Notes: generated from the sequence alone by a model not told the origin. A stretch of DNA of 64,000 nucleotides from Bacilli bacterium (GCA_017404555.1 JAFRCD010000002.1:59793-123792); one strand, 5' to 3'; positions 31,008 through 40,832 are shown, numbered from the stretch's first letter. Numbers and translations: made by a program.

Positions 31008-31322
31008 CTATTTAAGGTCGTCAATATATTTTTTTAATTGTTTAGACTCAGGTCCTAAAATTATTTTTAATTGATTATCAATTTCTACTACTCCCTTAGC
31101 ACCTAAGTTATGAATTCCTTCTTTATTAGCTTTAGAAACATCGTTTAGAGTAACGATAAAGCGAGATAAATTACTTTTAGTATCGATAATATTTTCTTTA
31201 CCTCCTAAAAGCTCTACTAATCTGTTTAAGTCTAAAGATGCATCTTTCTTATTAGCCTTTAAAACCGCTAATAAGATTATTAATAAGACTACTCCTATTA
31301 TAATATATTGAATATAATTCAT
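31008..31322 (-). CDS. Membrane-anchored PTS EIIB(Glc)-like domain protein lacking the phospho-Cys
   Basis: TM helix, then an EIIB-like profile GGKENI...SRF...LGAKGVVE...IILGP, but the CATRLR Cys is replaced (KSNLSRF). Confidence 0.4.
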   Translation of the reverse strand: MNYIQYIIIGVVLLIILLAVLKANKKDASLDLNRLVELLGGKENIIDTKSNLSRFIVTLNDVSKANKEGIHNLGAKGVVEIDNQLKIILGPESKQLKKYIDDLK

Positions 31323-31334
31323 AAATTCTCCTTT

Positions 31335-32654
31335 CTACTTAATCGTAATGATAAAGGGACTGTCTTTAGTACCTATTCCATCTTTAATATAAGCATCACT
31401 TCTAATATAAAGAGCTATTTTAAAAGCAAGTTTAGTATTAGATCTTATTGCTCCTGATAAAGAATCACTATATATAACTCTATTATACTCTTTATCATAA
31501 GGAGTAATTAAGAAATAATCATTCTTTTCATTGGTTGTAAACATTTCTCCATATCTTAGAAGTCCTATTTTAGCATTAACATATTCTCCTTTAATAATGT
31601 CTTTATAACTATCTTCATAAGTACATTTACTATTATAGAATTTACCTTCTACTAATAGGTCTTTAGAATTATCACTTAATTTCTCATACCAATCATGATT
31701 TAAATAATAAGCAATATTTTTCTTATCATTTAAATCAAATTTAGATTCTTTGGAAGAAAACTTTTTATTATTAAGTGTTTTCATAGAAACTAATTTAGTC
31801 TTTTCTTCATCAATAGTTACTATGCGATAAAGTTCATCATTAAAATGAACATATTCACCAATAGACCTAGTATTTAAAAGAGCATTATCCTCTACATAAT
31901 CTTCTAAATAATAAGGATTACTTTCACTACCATCTCCACCTTTAATTTCTACACTACTTAGAATATTAATGGCTGGTCTAATTAGATGGGTTAATTCTTT
32001 AGAAGATGTTTCTACCTTACCCTCTTTATTTACAATCATATTACTGTCATTATCATAAGTATAAGTAACCCAATTAGTATTATTATTTAGATAACCATCT
32101 CCAATACTTTCAGTAGTACCATTATATGATAATTGATAATCATAAGTAGTTAATAATCCAACTGGATTAGTAATAGTTTCATAACTTTTAGATTTTCTAA
32201 TATCTCCTAAGATACGACCATCATTATATTTAGTCCAAATACTATCTTGTTTAATATAATCTTTATAACTTTTTAAACTACCTAAGAAACCATTATTACT
32301 AGTATCATTTAAGAAATAATCAATATCATCATTACCAGATAAAGTATTAATACCTTTATCAGTAACCATTTTAACGGTATTTTCTTTGTTATTGATTGAT
32401 ACTGCTCGCCATAATTTACCACTATACCAAACATAGTTATTAGGCTTTTTAGAAGTAATAATACTATCATCATCAACTTCTTCAATATTATTAGATAAAT
32501 CACTTATTAACATATTGTATAATGCTTTATTATCAGCTACTGGCTTAGAAGCTGCTCTACTAATATTTAGTATTAAATTAGAGGATACTCCTAAAAAAAT
32601 AAGTACTAGGGCAAGAATTAATAAATTATACTTATTTCTAATTAAAAAGTTCAT
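31335..32654 (-). CDS. Secreted/membrane-anchored hypothetical protein (439 aa)
   Basis: N-terminal signal-anchor and an extracellular Asn/Tyr-rich sequence. No assignable domain. Confidence 0.3.
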   Translation of the reverse strand: MNFLIRNKYNLLILALVLIFLGVSSNLILNISRAASKPVADNKALYNMLISDLSNNIEEVDDDSIITSKKPNNYVWYSGKLWRAVSINNKENTVKMVTDKGINTLSGNDDIDYFLNDTSNNGFLGSLKSYKDYIKQDSIWTKYNDGRILGDIRKSKSYETITNPVGLLTTYDYQLSYNGTTESIGDGYLNNNTNWVTYTYDNDSNMIVNKEGKVETSSKELTHLIRPAINILSSVEIKGGDGSESNPYYLEDYVEDNALLNTRSIGEYVHFNDELYRIVTIDEEKTKLVSMKTLNNKKFSSKESKFDLNDKKNIAYYLNHDWYEKLSDNSKDLLVEGKFYNSKCTYEDSYKDIIKGEYVNAKIGLLRYGEMFTTNEKNDYFLITPYDKEYNRVIYSDSLSGAIRSNTKLAFKIALYIRSDAYIKDGIGTKDSPFIITIK

Positions 32655-32732
32655 ATTAATTCCTCCTTTCGTACTCTATTTATAGTATATCTTATTTTAG
32701 TATTTTTTTCAATAATTTAGGTATATATATGA

Positions 32733-32760
32733 ACAATTTAAGTATTATTTACATATTCTA
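32733..32760 (+). promoter_or_regulatory. Sigma-K-type promoter motif upstream of the cotY/Z-like pair (AC-17-CATATTCTA)
   Basis: AC at 32733-32734, a 17-nt spacer, CATAttcTA at 32752-32760, 27 nt upstream of the ATG. This matches the SigK consensus AC-N16-18-CATAnnnTA. Confidence 0.4.
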
Positions 32761-32787
32761 TAGTAGAGTTAAAAAGGAGAGATAGAT

Positions 32788-33177
32788 ATGGATAATAATG
32801 ATTGTTGTCTAGGAAAACTATTAAAAGTTATTGATACATTACAAAAAAACGCCAACAACGAATGTCCAATTGATGAAGGTTGTAGTCGTCCTTATTTAGG
32901 AACTTTTACTAGTTCTTTGTGTTATAACACAAGACCAGTAACTTTATATTTAAAAAATGGTGATTTATTTAGTGCTCCTTATAATAGTACTGGTACTACA
33001 TCTTCTGTTTTCAGAGTGGAAAGAGTTAAAGATTGTTGTGCTAAGTTAAGAGTCTTAGAGCCAGTTGTTAATGAGGGTGTTACTACTTATAATGCTACTA
33101 ACTTTTTTGTTGATGTTAATTTACAATGTATCTGTGCTATTAAATGTTTAGCTGACATTATTTTAGAAAATATTTAG
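32788..33177 (+). CDS. CotY/CotZ-family cysteine-rich spore coat/exosporium protein
   Basis: The SVFRVERVKDCCAKLRVL and FFVDVNLQCICAIKCL blocks match the CotY/CotZ hallmarks (FFRVE...CCATL...CIEVDL.CFCAI.CL). AAGGAG RBS. Confidence 0.75.
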   Translation: MDNNDCCLGKLLKVIDTLQKNANNECPIDEGCSRPYLGTFTSSLCYNTRPVTLYLKNGDLFSAPYNSTGTTSSVFRVERVKDCCAKLRVLEPVVNEGVTTYNATNFFVDVNLQCICAIKCLADIILENI

Positions 33178-33192
33178 AAAGGAGTTTTTTCC

Positions 33193-33594
33193 ATGTGTGA
33201 GGAACAAAATAATACTTGTTGTTTAGAAAATACTTTAGCTAAGATTATTAAATTACAATGTATAGATTCTATCTGTGATGTTGAAGGAGGTTGTGATAAA
33301 CCTTTTTTAGGACCTACTCCTAGTATGGTTTGTTATAATACCAGACCAATTAGTCTTTATAACTGTTGTACTGGAGCTCTATGGAGTTTTCCCTATACCA
33401 GTGGAGAAACAACAGCCAATTCCACTGTCTTTAGAGCCGAATCACTAGATGGTTGTTGTCTTACTTGTCGGATCTTAATTGATAATGGCAATGATACTTA
33501 TACCGATACTTCAGAATTCTTTACTATAAACCTAAAATGTTGTGGTGCTCTACAATGTCATAGTGATGCTTTCGTTGAATTTAATAATAATTAA
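33193..33594 (+). CDS. CotY/CotZ-family cysteine-rich spore coat/exosporium protein (tandem paralogue)
   Basis: The TVFRAESLDGCCLTCRIL and FFTINLKCCGALQC blocks. Lies 15 nt after the first gene, with its own AAGGAG RBS. Confidence 0.7.
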   Translation: MCEEQNNTCCLENTLAKIIKLQCIDSICDVEGGCDKPFLGPTPSMVCYNTRPISLYNCCTGALWSFPYTSGETTANSTVFRAESLDGCCLTCRILIDNGNDTYTDTSEFFTINLKCCGALQCHSDAFVEFNNN

Positions 33595-33595
33595 A

Positions 33596-33620
33596 AAATC
33601 CTCATTGGATTTTTTATTTT
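33596..33620 (+). terminator. Bidirectional rho-independent terminator
   Basis: Hairpin aatcc-tcatt-ggatt followed by a T-run; also abuts the stop of the convergent gene 33614..33895. Confidence 0.5.
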
Positions 33621-33895
33621 ATCGTTATATCAATAATATCCCCTATATTAATCTTGTCATTATCAATAGTTAAAACATAATTATTATTCTTACTAATTAA
33701 ACTAGTATCATAAATTCTATCTTTAGTTGTAATTAAAACATCTTTATTAAAAGCAAACCCATTACCATTAAAGATTTCTTTTAAAACATCATATTTATTA
33801 AGACTAATATGATCTTTACTAATCCGTTCTATTTCTTTATTATGACCTATCTTTTTGGTGATTATATTCTTATAAATGGGTGAAAGTTTTTTCAT
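33614..33895 (-). CDS. Small hypothetical protein (93 aa), beta-rich
   Basis: ORF only; a YabP/YqfC-like character is weakly suggested. Confidence 0.3.
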   Translation of the reverse strand: MKKLSPIYKNIITKKIGHNKEIERISKDHISLNKYDVLKEIFNGNGFAFNKDVLITTKDRIYDTSLISKNNNYVLTIDNDKINIGDIIDITIK

Positions 33896-33979
33896 AGAAC
33901 CTCCTTTTTAATAATTTTATGTATTTACTAAATAAAAATTGAATAAATTTGTTATAATACTATTAACGGGGTGATTTCT

Positions 33980-35104
33980 ATGTTACGTCAAAAAATTAGT
34001 TTTAAAATTATTATCCCTGTAATTTTATTTGCGATTATCAGCATTGTTACTATTTATAGTGCTTCTACATATATTTCTGCTGGTATGGGTAACTTAGCTT
34101 TAAAACAAGCTATTTGGTATTTAGCAGGTATAGTGGTAGTTATTTTTATCGTTAAGATGGGTAATAATTATTTATATGACAAAGCCTTTCTTTTCTATAT
34201 TTTTGGAATAGTATCCCTTTTAGGATTATTACTTTTCGCAACACCTATTAATAGTAGTAAATGTTGGTATATTGTACCAGGTTTAGGAAGTATTCAACCA
34301 AGTGAATTTATGAAAATATTCTTAATGCTTTACTTAGGAGTATTTATTCATGATTTTAGGGATAAGTATACTAATCCTTCTATTAAAGAAGAATTAATCT
34401 TTATTATAAAATCGTTTGTTATCTTCTTAATACCCGCTGTTTTAACCTTCATGCAACCTGATACAGGATCTGTTATTATTTATTTAGTAATATATCTTTG
34501 TATGATGTTTTTATCAGGGATTAGAGCCAGATGGTTTATTATTGCTTTTGGAATTATTGGTGCTATCTTAGGTACCGTTTTAGGAATATATTTCTTCAAT
34601 GGTGATATGTTTATAAAAGTTTTTGGTACTGATTTATTCTACCGTTTAGATAGAATATTTGCTTGGACTAGTGGTAGTGGATTACAACTAGAAAATGCTT
34701 TAGCATCCATTGGTTCAGGGGGTTTAGTTGGTCACGGATTTAACCATACTCCATTATACTTCCCTGAATCAGGAACAGATTTTATCTTTGCTGTTTTCGC
34801 TTCTAATTTTGGTTTTATTGGTTGTCTATTACTAGTTGGTCTAATTCTTTATTTTGATATTAATCTAATACTACTTTTCAAAAAGAAAATCCAAGATACA
34901 GAAAAGTTCGTTTTAGCAGGTATTGTGGGAATGCTTTTATTCCAACAAATCCAGAATATTGGTATGACAATTGGTCTATTACCTATAACTGGAATTACTT
35001 TACCATTTATATCTTATGGAGGAAGTTCCCTTCTATCATACATGATATTAATTGGTATTTTGATAAACATTTCTAATGAAAAAGATCATAAATATAAATA
35101 TTAA
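33980..35104 (+). CDS. SEDS-family peptidoglycan glycosyltransferase (FtsW/RodA/SpoVE)
   Basis: Ten-TM protein with SEDS blocks (QPSEFMK, GHGFNHTPLYFPESGTDFIFAV, PFISYGGSS). Start at the ATG at 33980 behind a GGGGTGA RBS. Confidence 0.85.
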   Translation: MLRQKISFKIIIPVILFAIISIVTIYSASTYISAGMGNLALKQAIWYLAGIVVVIFIVKMGNNYLYDKAFLFYIFGIVSLLGLLLFATPINSSKCWYIVPGLGSIQPSEFMKIFLMLYLGVFIHDFRDKYTNPSIKEELIFIIKSFVIFLIPAVLTFMQPDTGSVIIYLVIYLCMMFLSGIRARWFIIAFGIIGAILGTVLGIYFFNGDMFIKVFGTDLFYRLDRIFAWTSGSGLQLENALASIGSGGLVGHGFNHTPLYFPESGTDFIFAVFASNFGFIGCLLLVGLILYFDINLILLFKKKIQDTEKFVLAGIVGMLLFQQIQNIGMTIGLLPITGITLPFISYGGSSLLSYMILIGILINISNEKDHKYKY

Positions 35105-35115
35105 AAAAGTGATGA

Positions 35116-35856
35116 TTACTCATCACTTTTAATTACGCTTGTAAGTAAATATTCATCTCCATATTTCTCAAAACGATATAAGTAAGTATCCAGTTTATCA
35201 CTCAACTGTTTTTGTTCTTCGTCAGTAAAATTAGGTTCTCCCTCAAATTCATATACTTTCTCTTTGGCCTTTGGATCCTTATATACTTCGTTTTTTATAA
35301 TTTTAGGTTCCTCAATAACAGTTAATTTTAAAAACAATAGTTTTTGAGCAACTACTATATAATCAGTGTAGAGTTCTTTAAACTCAGTTTGTAAAGGAAA
35401 TATATTTAAATTATTATCCTGACCATTATATAAGTACTTATCATCTTTAACTTTATAAACTGTCAAATTATTACTCTTAATTGGTTTTTTATAATAGTTA
35501 ACACTTAGAAAGTATTTATACTTGGTTTCATCTAATTCATCAGTAGAAACTTCCTTTTTAGAACCATCTTTATTTATACTTGTTAATAATACTAAAGTTT
35601 TTTGCATATCATTAATTTCATCCAAGTTCTTAATTGGATAATTTTGTCCTAAAACATTATTGTATACTTCTATTTTAGGAACAATTAATTTATCATAAGT
35701 ATGAATAAATTCATTAAGTTCTATTTCTTGATGATCTTTCTCTTTAGCAGGTAATTTATCCTTAGTAAAACTTATATTTTTACCATATAGAAGTAATCCA
35801 CCACCAAAGATTAATATCAATCCAACTATAATTAATAATAGACTTTTTTTATTCAC
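35116..35856 (-). CDS. Membrane-anchored hypothetical protein (246 aa)
   Basis: N-terminal signal-anchor only. Confidence 0.3.
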   Translation of the reverse strand: MNKKSLLLIIVGLILIFGGGLLLYGKNISFTKDKLPAKEKDHQEIELNEFIHTYDKLIVPKIEVYNNVLGQNYPIKNLDEINDMQKTLVLLTSINKDGSKKEVSTDELDETKYKYFLSVNYYKKPIKSNNLTVYKVKDDKYLYNGQDNNLNIFPLQTEFKELYTDYIVVAQKLLFLKLTVIEEPKIIKNEVYKDPKAKEKVYEFEGEPNFTDEEQKQLSDKLDTYLYRFEKYGDEYLLTSVIKSDE

Positions 35857-35868
35857 TATAGTTCCCTC

Positions 35869-37779
35869 CTAAGAATAAACATATTTATAATTAGCTTTGC
35901 ATTTACTAACCCAATAAGAACAAGTCTTTTTCACTCTTGTTGACCTACAACAACGATACTTATTACCACTACGTTCAATAGTTAAACCATTGGCAGAAGA
36001 ACACGCTATTCGGCCATTATTAGGAACCGCCCAACCACTACATGATTTTGTCGTATAAGAACAATCATAATACTTTGTACACCCTGTATAATGAGAAAAT
36101 ACTGATTTTCTCTTATATGTTTTAGAAAAAGCTTTACTATTTCCGGCATTATCTGTACAAGTACTACTTATTGTTACACTGGTTCCACTCATTTTTTTAG
36201 AAGTATTGCCACTCTTAATTCCACTTAAGGCATCAGAACATGTTAATTTAGCAGTTCCGCCTGCAGCTATTTGTCCACTAGTAAAGCTTCCTGTAGGATT
36301 AGTACGATCCAGTTTTATAGTATAATTGCTAGAATATGATGAACAATTTCCTAATTTATCACATGCACGATACTTAATATACGATACCCCTTGTGCTTCG
36401 ATGTTGCGAGCTGAAGCTTTTATATTGGTGTCGTTGGAAGTTTTTCCAGTTGTTGTATATTGATAATATACCCCTCCTGCTCCACTATCAGTAGCACCAC
36501 TAGCATTTGTATAGACTTTTCCAGAAAACCAAGTATTATTTGGATAAGCACTTAAGCCACTGGCATTCGCTGGTTTTGTACTGGCATTCTTCCATTTATA
36601 AAGACCTACTTTTAACCCTGTTGGGGCGGTTTTATCAAAATAAGCATCATAAATACAAGATTGAGTGTTTCCCACTTTATCTTTAATCGTTTCCGTGTAT
36701 TTTGCGGTAGTACCACTAGAAAATGTTCTTTGATAAGGACTTTTTTCACAACCACTCTCGTTATCAGCACATGCCAATTTTATTGTTCTACTACTATTAG
36801 TCCAGGTTGTACTTGCCCCTGTAGCCTTTCCACATGTTGGCGGCGTTATATCAATATAAACATTATAAGAGCAAACTTTTTCATTACCGGCTTTATCAGC
36901 TATTGTTACTGAGGCTCTCTTAGTAGTTTCTAAATAAGTATTATTGTAACTACCTCTTGCACAATTACTTCCACCTGTATCATTACAAACTTGGTTTATT
37001 GTACGAGCTTTTTTCGTCCATACATCACTAGCATTTTTTGCCTCTCCACAAGTTGGTGGTGTTTTATCTATTTTTACTTCAACTACTCTGCTTTGGCAAG
37101 TAACTCCGTTAGCACCTCTACCTATTATTCTATATTTGCTTATTCCAGGTTCACTTATAGTAATTGTTTTTTCTTCGTGATTATCGGAATCAAATTTAAC
37201 CCAACCAGCTGCAGTTTGTTTTAGAATATCAAAACTTTCTATTTTGGTAGGTTTTTTAGCTTTCAATATTACATCTTGATTTGTCCATATATTAGCTGGT
37301 GTAGCCTGCAGTATATTATCACAATTTATTATCTTTCCCATATTTGGATCTGCTGTACTTTCTATAACTTTATTTTTATAATTAGGGCAATTCAAATACG
37401 TTTTATAATCATATTTTTTCTCGCCTGTTTTGGTTATTACTACATAACTTTTTTCATCATAAGGCTCACTGGCATTAGGATCACATACTTCTTTAGCATA
37501 ATCTTTTACTTGTTCTATATAATCCTCACTTTGTAAATCAGCTAACGCGACTTTATTTGATTGACCAACTCTAATAGGGCGTTCTCCCTTATGGTCATTA
37601 TAGTAATCCATTCCAGCTGCTACCACTAATTTATCTATTCTTCTATAATAGCTTTTTTCTAAACTCTTCCGTACACCACTTACACCCATTATAGCTAAAG
37701 TTGTTAAAACAGCTACTATAGCTAAGGTTGTTAATAGTTCTACCATTGTAAAACCTTTTTTATTCTTCACTATCATCAC
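35869..37779 (-). CDS. Large type IV prepilin-like protein with cysteine-rich Ig-like repeats
   Basis: Class III signal KGFTMVELLTTLAIVAVLTTLAI (G/FTxxE). Four repeats of about 75-90 aa begin D-x-T-[PAN]-PT-[CG] and carry conserved Cys pairs; a Cys-rich C-terminal tail follows. Confidence 0.6.
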   Translation of the reverse strand: MMIVKNKKGFTMVELLTTLAIVAVLTTLAIMGVSGVRKSLEKSYYRRIDKLVVAAGMDYYNDHKGERPIRVGQSNKVALADLQSEDYIEQVKDYAKEVCDPNASEPYDEKSYVVITKTGEKKYDYKTYLNCPNYKNKVIESTADPNMGKIINCDNILQATPANIWTNQDVILKAKKPTKIESFDILKQTAAGWVKFDSDNHEEKTITISEPGISKYRIIGRGANGVTCQSRVVEVKIDKTPPTCGEAKNASDVWTKKARTINQVCNDTGGSNCARGSYNNTYLETTKRASVTIADKAGNEKVCSYNVYIDITPPTCGKATGASTTWTNSSRTIKLACADNESGCEKSPYQRTFSSGTTAKYTETIKDKVGNTQSCIYDAYFDKTAPTGLKVGLYKWKNASTKPANASGLSAYPNNTWFSGKVYTNASGATDSGAGGVYYQYTTTGKTSNDTNIKASARNIEAQGVSYIKYRACDKLGNCSSYSSNYTIKLDRTNPTGSFTSGQIAAGGTAKLTCSDALSGIKSGNTSKKMSGTSVTISSTCTDNAGNSKAFSKTYKRKSVFSHYTGCTKYYDCSYTTKSCSGWAVPNNGRIACSSANGLTIERSGNKYRCCRSTRVKKTCSYWVSKCKANYKYVYS

Positions 37780-38547
37780 CTACTTTGTTATTTTCTTTCT
37801 TTGTATTTTATAAGTTGTTTTTAGAAGGGCTTTATCGCTTAATAACCTTTTAAAAAATTTAGTAAGTTTAATCCTTCCTCCTGGGATTATTTCTCTTTTA
37901 TGTTTAAACATTTCTTCTACGGCATATTTAGCTACTACATCAGCCTTCATAGCTTTAACCCCAAATTTGACATTAGCTACTTTATTAAAATTAGTGTCAA
38001 CAGGTCCTGGTGTTAAAACTGATATATGAACATTACTCTTATTCTTCTTAAGTTCATACCAAATACTATTAGTAAGGCTTAAAACATAACTCTTAGTAGC
38101 GTAATAAGTTGCCATTAGAGGTCCTCCTGGCAAGAATCCTGCTGATGAGGCAACATTTAAAATATATCCTTTATCTTTTTTAACAAAATCACGCAAAAAA
38201 GCTTTGGTTAGAATATGCAAAGCTTTTACATTGGTCTCTATCATCTCTAATTCCCGAGATAATTCTAATTCAACAAAATTACCACATAAACCAAAGCCAG
38301 CATTATTTACAAGAATATCGATATCTTCTCTTCTCGTTTGGACATAAAGCTCTTTAGCTTTTTGTTCTGAACTCAAATCCATAATAATGATCTTTGATTT
38401 AGTTTTTAATTCTTTTTGTAAGGTTTCTAGTTTTTCTTTATTACGGGCTACTAAAATAAGTTCGTACCCTCTATTTGATAAGCATTTAGCTATTTCTCTA
38501 CCTATACCACTAGAAGCACCAGTTACTAAAGCCTTCAATATTTTCAC
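37780..38547 (-). CDS. Short-chain dehydrogenase/reductase
   Basis: TGASSGIGREIA Rossmann motif, NNAG, and YxxxK (YYATK). Confidence 0.85.
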   Translation of the reverse strand: MKILKALVTGASSGIGREIAKCLSNRGYELILVARNKEKLETLQKELKTKSKIIIMDLSSEQKAKELYVQTRREDIDILVNNAGFGLCGNFVELELSRELEMIETNVKALHILTKAFLRDFVKKDKGYILNVASSAGFLPGGPLMATYYATKSYVLSLTNSIWYELKKNKSNVHISVLTPGPVDTNFNKVANVKFGVKAMKADVVAKYAVEEMFKHKREIIPGGRIKLTKFFKRLLSDKALLKTTYKIQRKKITK

Positions 38548-38552
38548 CTTCT

Positions 38553-39455
38553 TTAATTCTTGATAGTACTACTTTCAAAATAATAGTTTTTATTATCTAT
38601 ATGGAAACGATATTCAATAGTATTAGCTTTATCTTTATCCATATAATCATCAATATTAATTGTACTATCATTAATTGAGTTGGCAGCTACTGTCTTGCTC
38701 TCAATTAATCTAGTTTTAGCATAATCAGAATAAACATTAATTATTACATTAGAACCTGAAGGTTGCTGAGAAGTATAAACTACTCTTTCAGTTAATACTA
38801 AAGTATTGCCTTTTTTCTTAGCCTTAGTCAATTTAGTATAAGCAGTCTTTATTTTGTTCTTATTAGCTTCTGCTGTATCAAAAGTAGATTTATATGATTT
38901 TAGGTTTTCATCATAGACTAAATTCACCATATTACCACCATCTTTACTAAATGGTAAGATAATACGATAAGATCCTTCTCTATGATATGGTATAACTTTA
39001 CCAAAGAATTTTTTAAGAGCTTGTTCAAACTCATCAATTGATACCGCATAGATTTTCTTGCCATCTTGCGTTTTACCAGTATCTAAGAAATTATCAGTAT
39101 TTAAGAATTGAGTAGCATAGAAAATCTTTTCAGCATTATCAAAGTTATCAAGAGTTACCTTTCGATTAGTTAAGAAATAATCTTTATTATTGGCATTATC
39201 TCTACCATAAGTAACATAGTTATAAGTAGTAACTATTCTTGGACTCTCAATTGATAATGTCTCTTCAACATTACTTGCTGGTGAATTTTTATCTTCCTTT
39301 GGTTTAGATGAACTATTTTTACCAATCATATTAAATAATAGTACCAAAAGAACAATAACTACTATTGCTCCAACAACAATTCCTATTAATTTTAAAAGTT
39401 TAATTATATTCCCCTTTTTAGGGTTATTTTCTTCTGTTTTTATTTGGTCATACAT
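38553..39455 (-). CDS. Membrane-anchored hypothetical protein (300 aa)
   Basis: N-terminal TM helix and an extracellular domain with no assignable motif. Confidence 0.3.
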   Translation of the reverse strand: MYDQIKTEENNPKKGNIIKLLKLIGIVVGAIVVIVLLVLLFNMIGKNSSSKPKEDKNSPASNVEETLSIESPRIVTTYNYVTYGRDNANNKDYFLTNRKVTLDNFDNAEKIFYATQFLNTDNFLDTGKTQDGKKIYAVSIDEFEQALKKFFGKVIPYHREGSYRIILPFSKDGGNMVNLVYDENLKSYKSTFDTAEANKNKIKTAYTKLTKAKKKGNTLVLTERVVYTSQQPSGSNVIINVYSDYAKTRLIESKTVAANSINDSTINIDDYMDKDKANTIEYRFHIDNKNYYFESSTIKN

Positions 39456-39557
39456 GAAACCATCTCCTACTTTAATTAAATTATATCATTATTTAGAAAC
39501 TTTGTCTTAATTTTTGTCAATAGATATGTAAAGTATAATTACAAAAAGATTACTATA

Positions 39558-40832
39558 TTAGTAATCTTTATTAACCATTTTTAATACAACTTTATTACTT
39601 AAGTTGAGTTTTTTAATAACTCTATCTAAATCTTTTTTATTTAATCCTTTAATAATTTTTAATTTGTTATCAATAATCTTATTATATCTGACAATATCCA
39701 TAAAAATAGAATCAGCAGCATTATCAACGTTTTCATAACTTCTTACTAAATTAGCAATCCATATTTTCTTATACCGATTAAAGTCATCAGTACTTATCTC
39801 AATATTTTTAGTGTATTTTTCAAAAGTCTTGATAAACTTATCTGGTTCTTTAGTGGTAGCATATACATAAAGGGTTTTAAAACCATCAACTGTCTCAGAG
39901 AAAGTACCAAATGAAAGAGCAATATTATTCTCTACTATTTCTTCATAATAATCACTACTACGTCCTAAAACTACCGCAATAATCATATAAAGATAATAAT
40001 CTAATTCGACTTCATTTTTAATTGGATAATCCTCTGTTTTAGTCTTAAAAGCCATTCCTACTTTCGGAATTTGGACATTCATTTTTATTTCGTCTTTTGC
40101 TTTAGCAACTGTTAAATCTTCCTTATAATCAATCTTTTTAGGAACTGGATAAGAAGTAATACCATCAAAATTATGATGAATTATTTCCATAGCCTTTTTA
40201 ACATCAATATTACCTGTAGCAATAATGAACATATTACTTGGTTGATAAAAAGCACTATAACAGCGATATAAATCCTCTTTAGTTATCTTTTCAATATCTT
40301 TAACACTACCAATAACGTTATTCTTTCTAGGTAAGTTTTTGTAGGTATTTTTCCTTAAGGTATCCGCTAAAACACGATCTGGATTATCAAGACCCATATT
40401 AATTTCTTCTTTAATAATACCCTTTTCTTTAGCGACGTTTTCATCAGTAAAATAAGGGGTATTTACATATTTCAATAGAAAAGCTAAGTTCTCTTCATAA
40501 TTAGTAGTACCTGTAAAATAATAAGCTGTTACATCATAATTAGTAAAAGCATTAGCATCACTTCCTTGTTCAGCATAGAAAGTAAAAGGATCTATTCCTT
40601 CTTCTGTTTCAAATAACTTATGTTCTAAGAAGTGGGCAATACCATTAGGAACCCTTACTTTTTTCTTCTTACCATTAGGAACAAATTCTATTCTATCTGA
40701 TCCGTATTTAGTGACATACATAGTAGTATAACTACTTTTATTTTTGATTGGACACAAGAAAACTTCTAAACCATTTTTTAGTTTTTCATAGAAAATAGAA
40801 GTATCTAATCCAGTTAGTTTTATTTCTTTCAT
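39558..40832 (-). CDS. M16-family zinc peptidase (active subunit)
   Basis: Inverted zinc motif HxxEH (GIAHFLEHKLFE). Confidence 0.8.
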   Translation of the reverse strand: MKEIKLTGLDTSIFYEKLKNGLEVFLCPIKNKSSYTTMYVTKYGSDRIEFVPNGKKKKVRVPNGIAHFLEHKLFETEEGIDPFTFYAEQGSDANAFTNYDVTAYYFTGTTNYEENLAFLLKYVNTPYFTDENVAKEKGIIKEEINMGLDNPDRVLADTLRKNTYKNLPRKNNVIGSVKDIEKITKEDLYRCYSAFYQPSNMFIIATGNIDVKKAMEIIHHNFDGITSYPVPKKIDYKEDLTVAKAKDEIKMNVQIPKVGMAFKTKTEDYPIKNEVELDYYLYMIIAVVLGRSSDYYEEIVENNIALSFGTFSETVDGFKTLYVYATTKEPDKFIKTFEKYTKNIEISTDDFNRYKKIWIANLVRSYENVDNAADSIFMDIVRYNKIIDNKLKIIKGLNKKDLDRVIKKLNLSNKVVLKMVNKDY

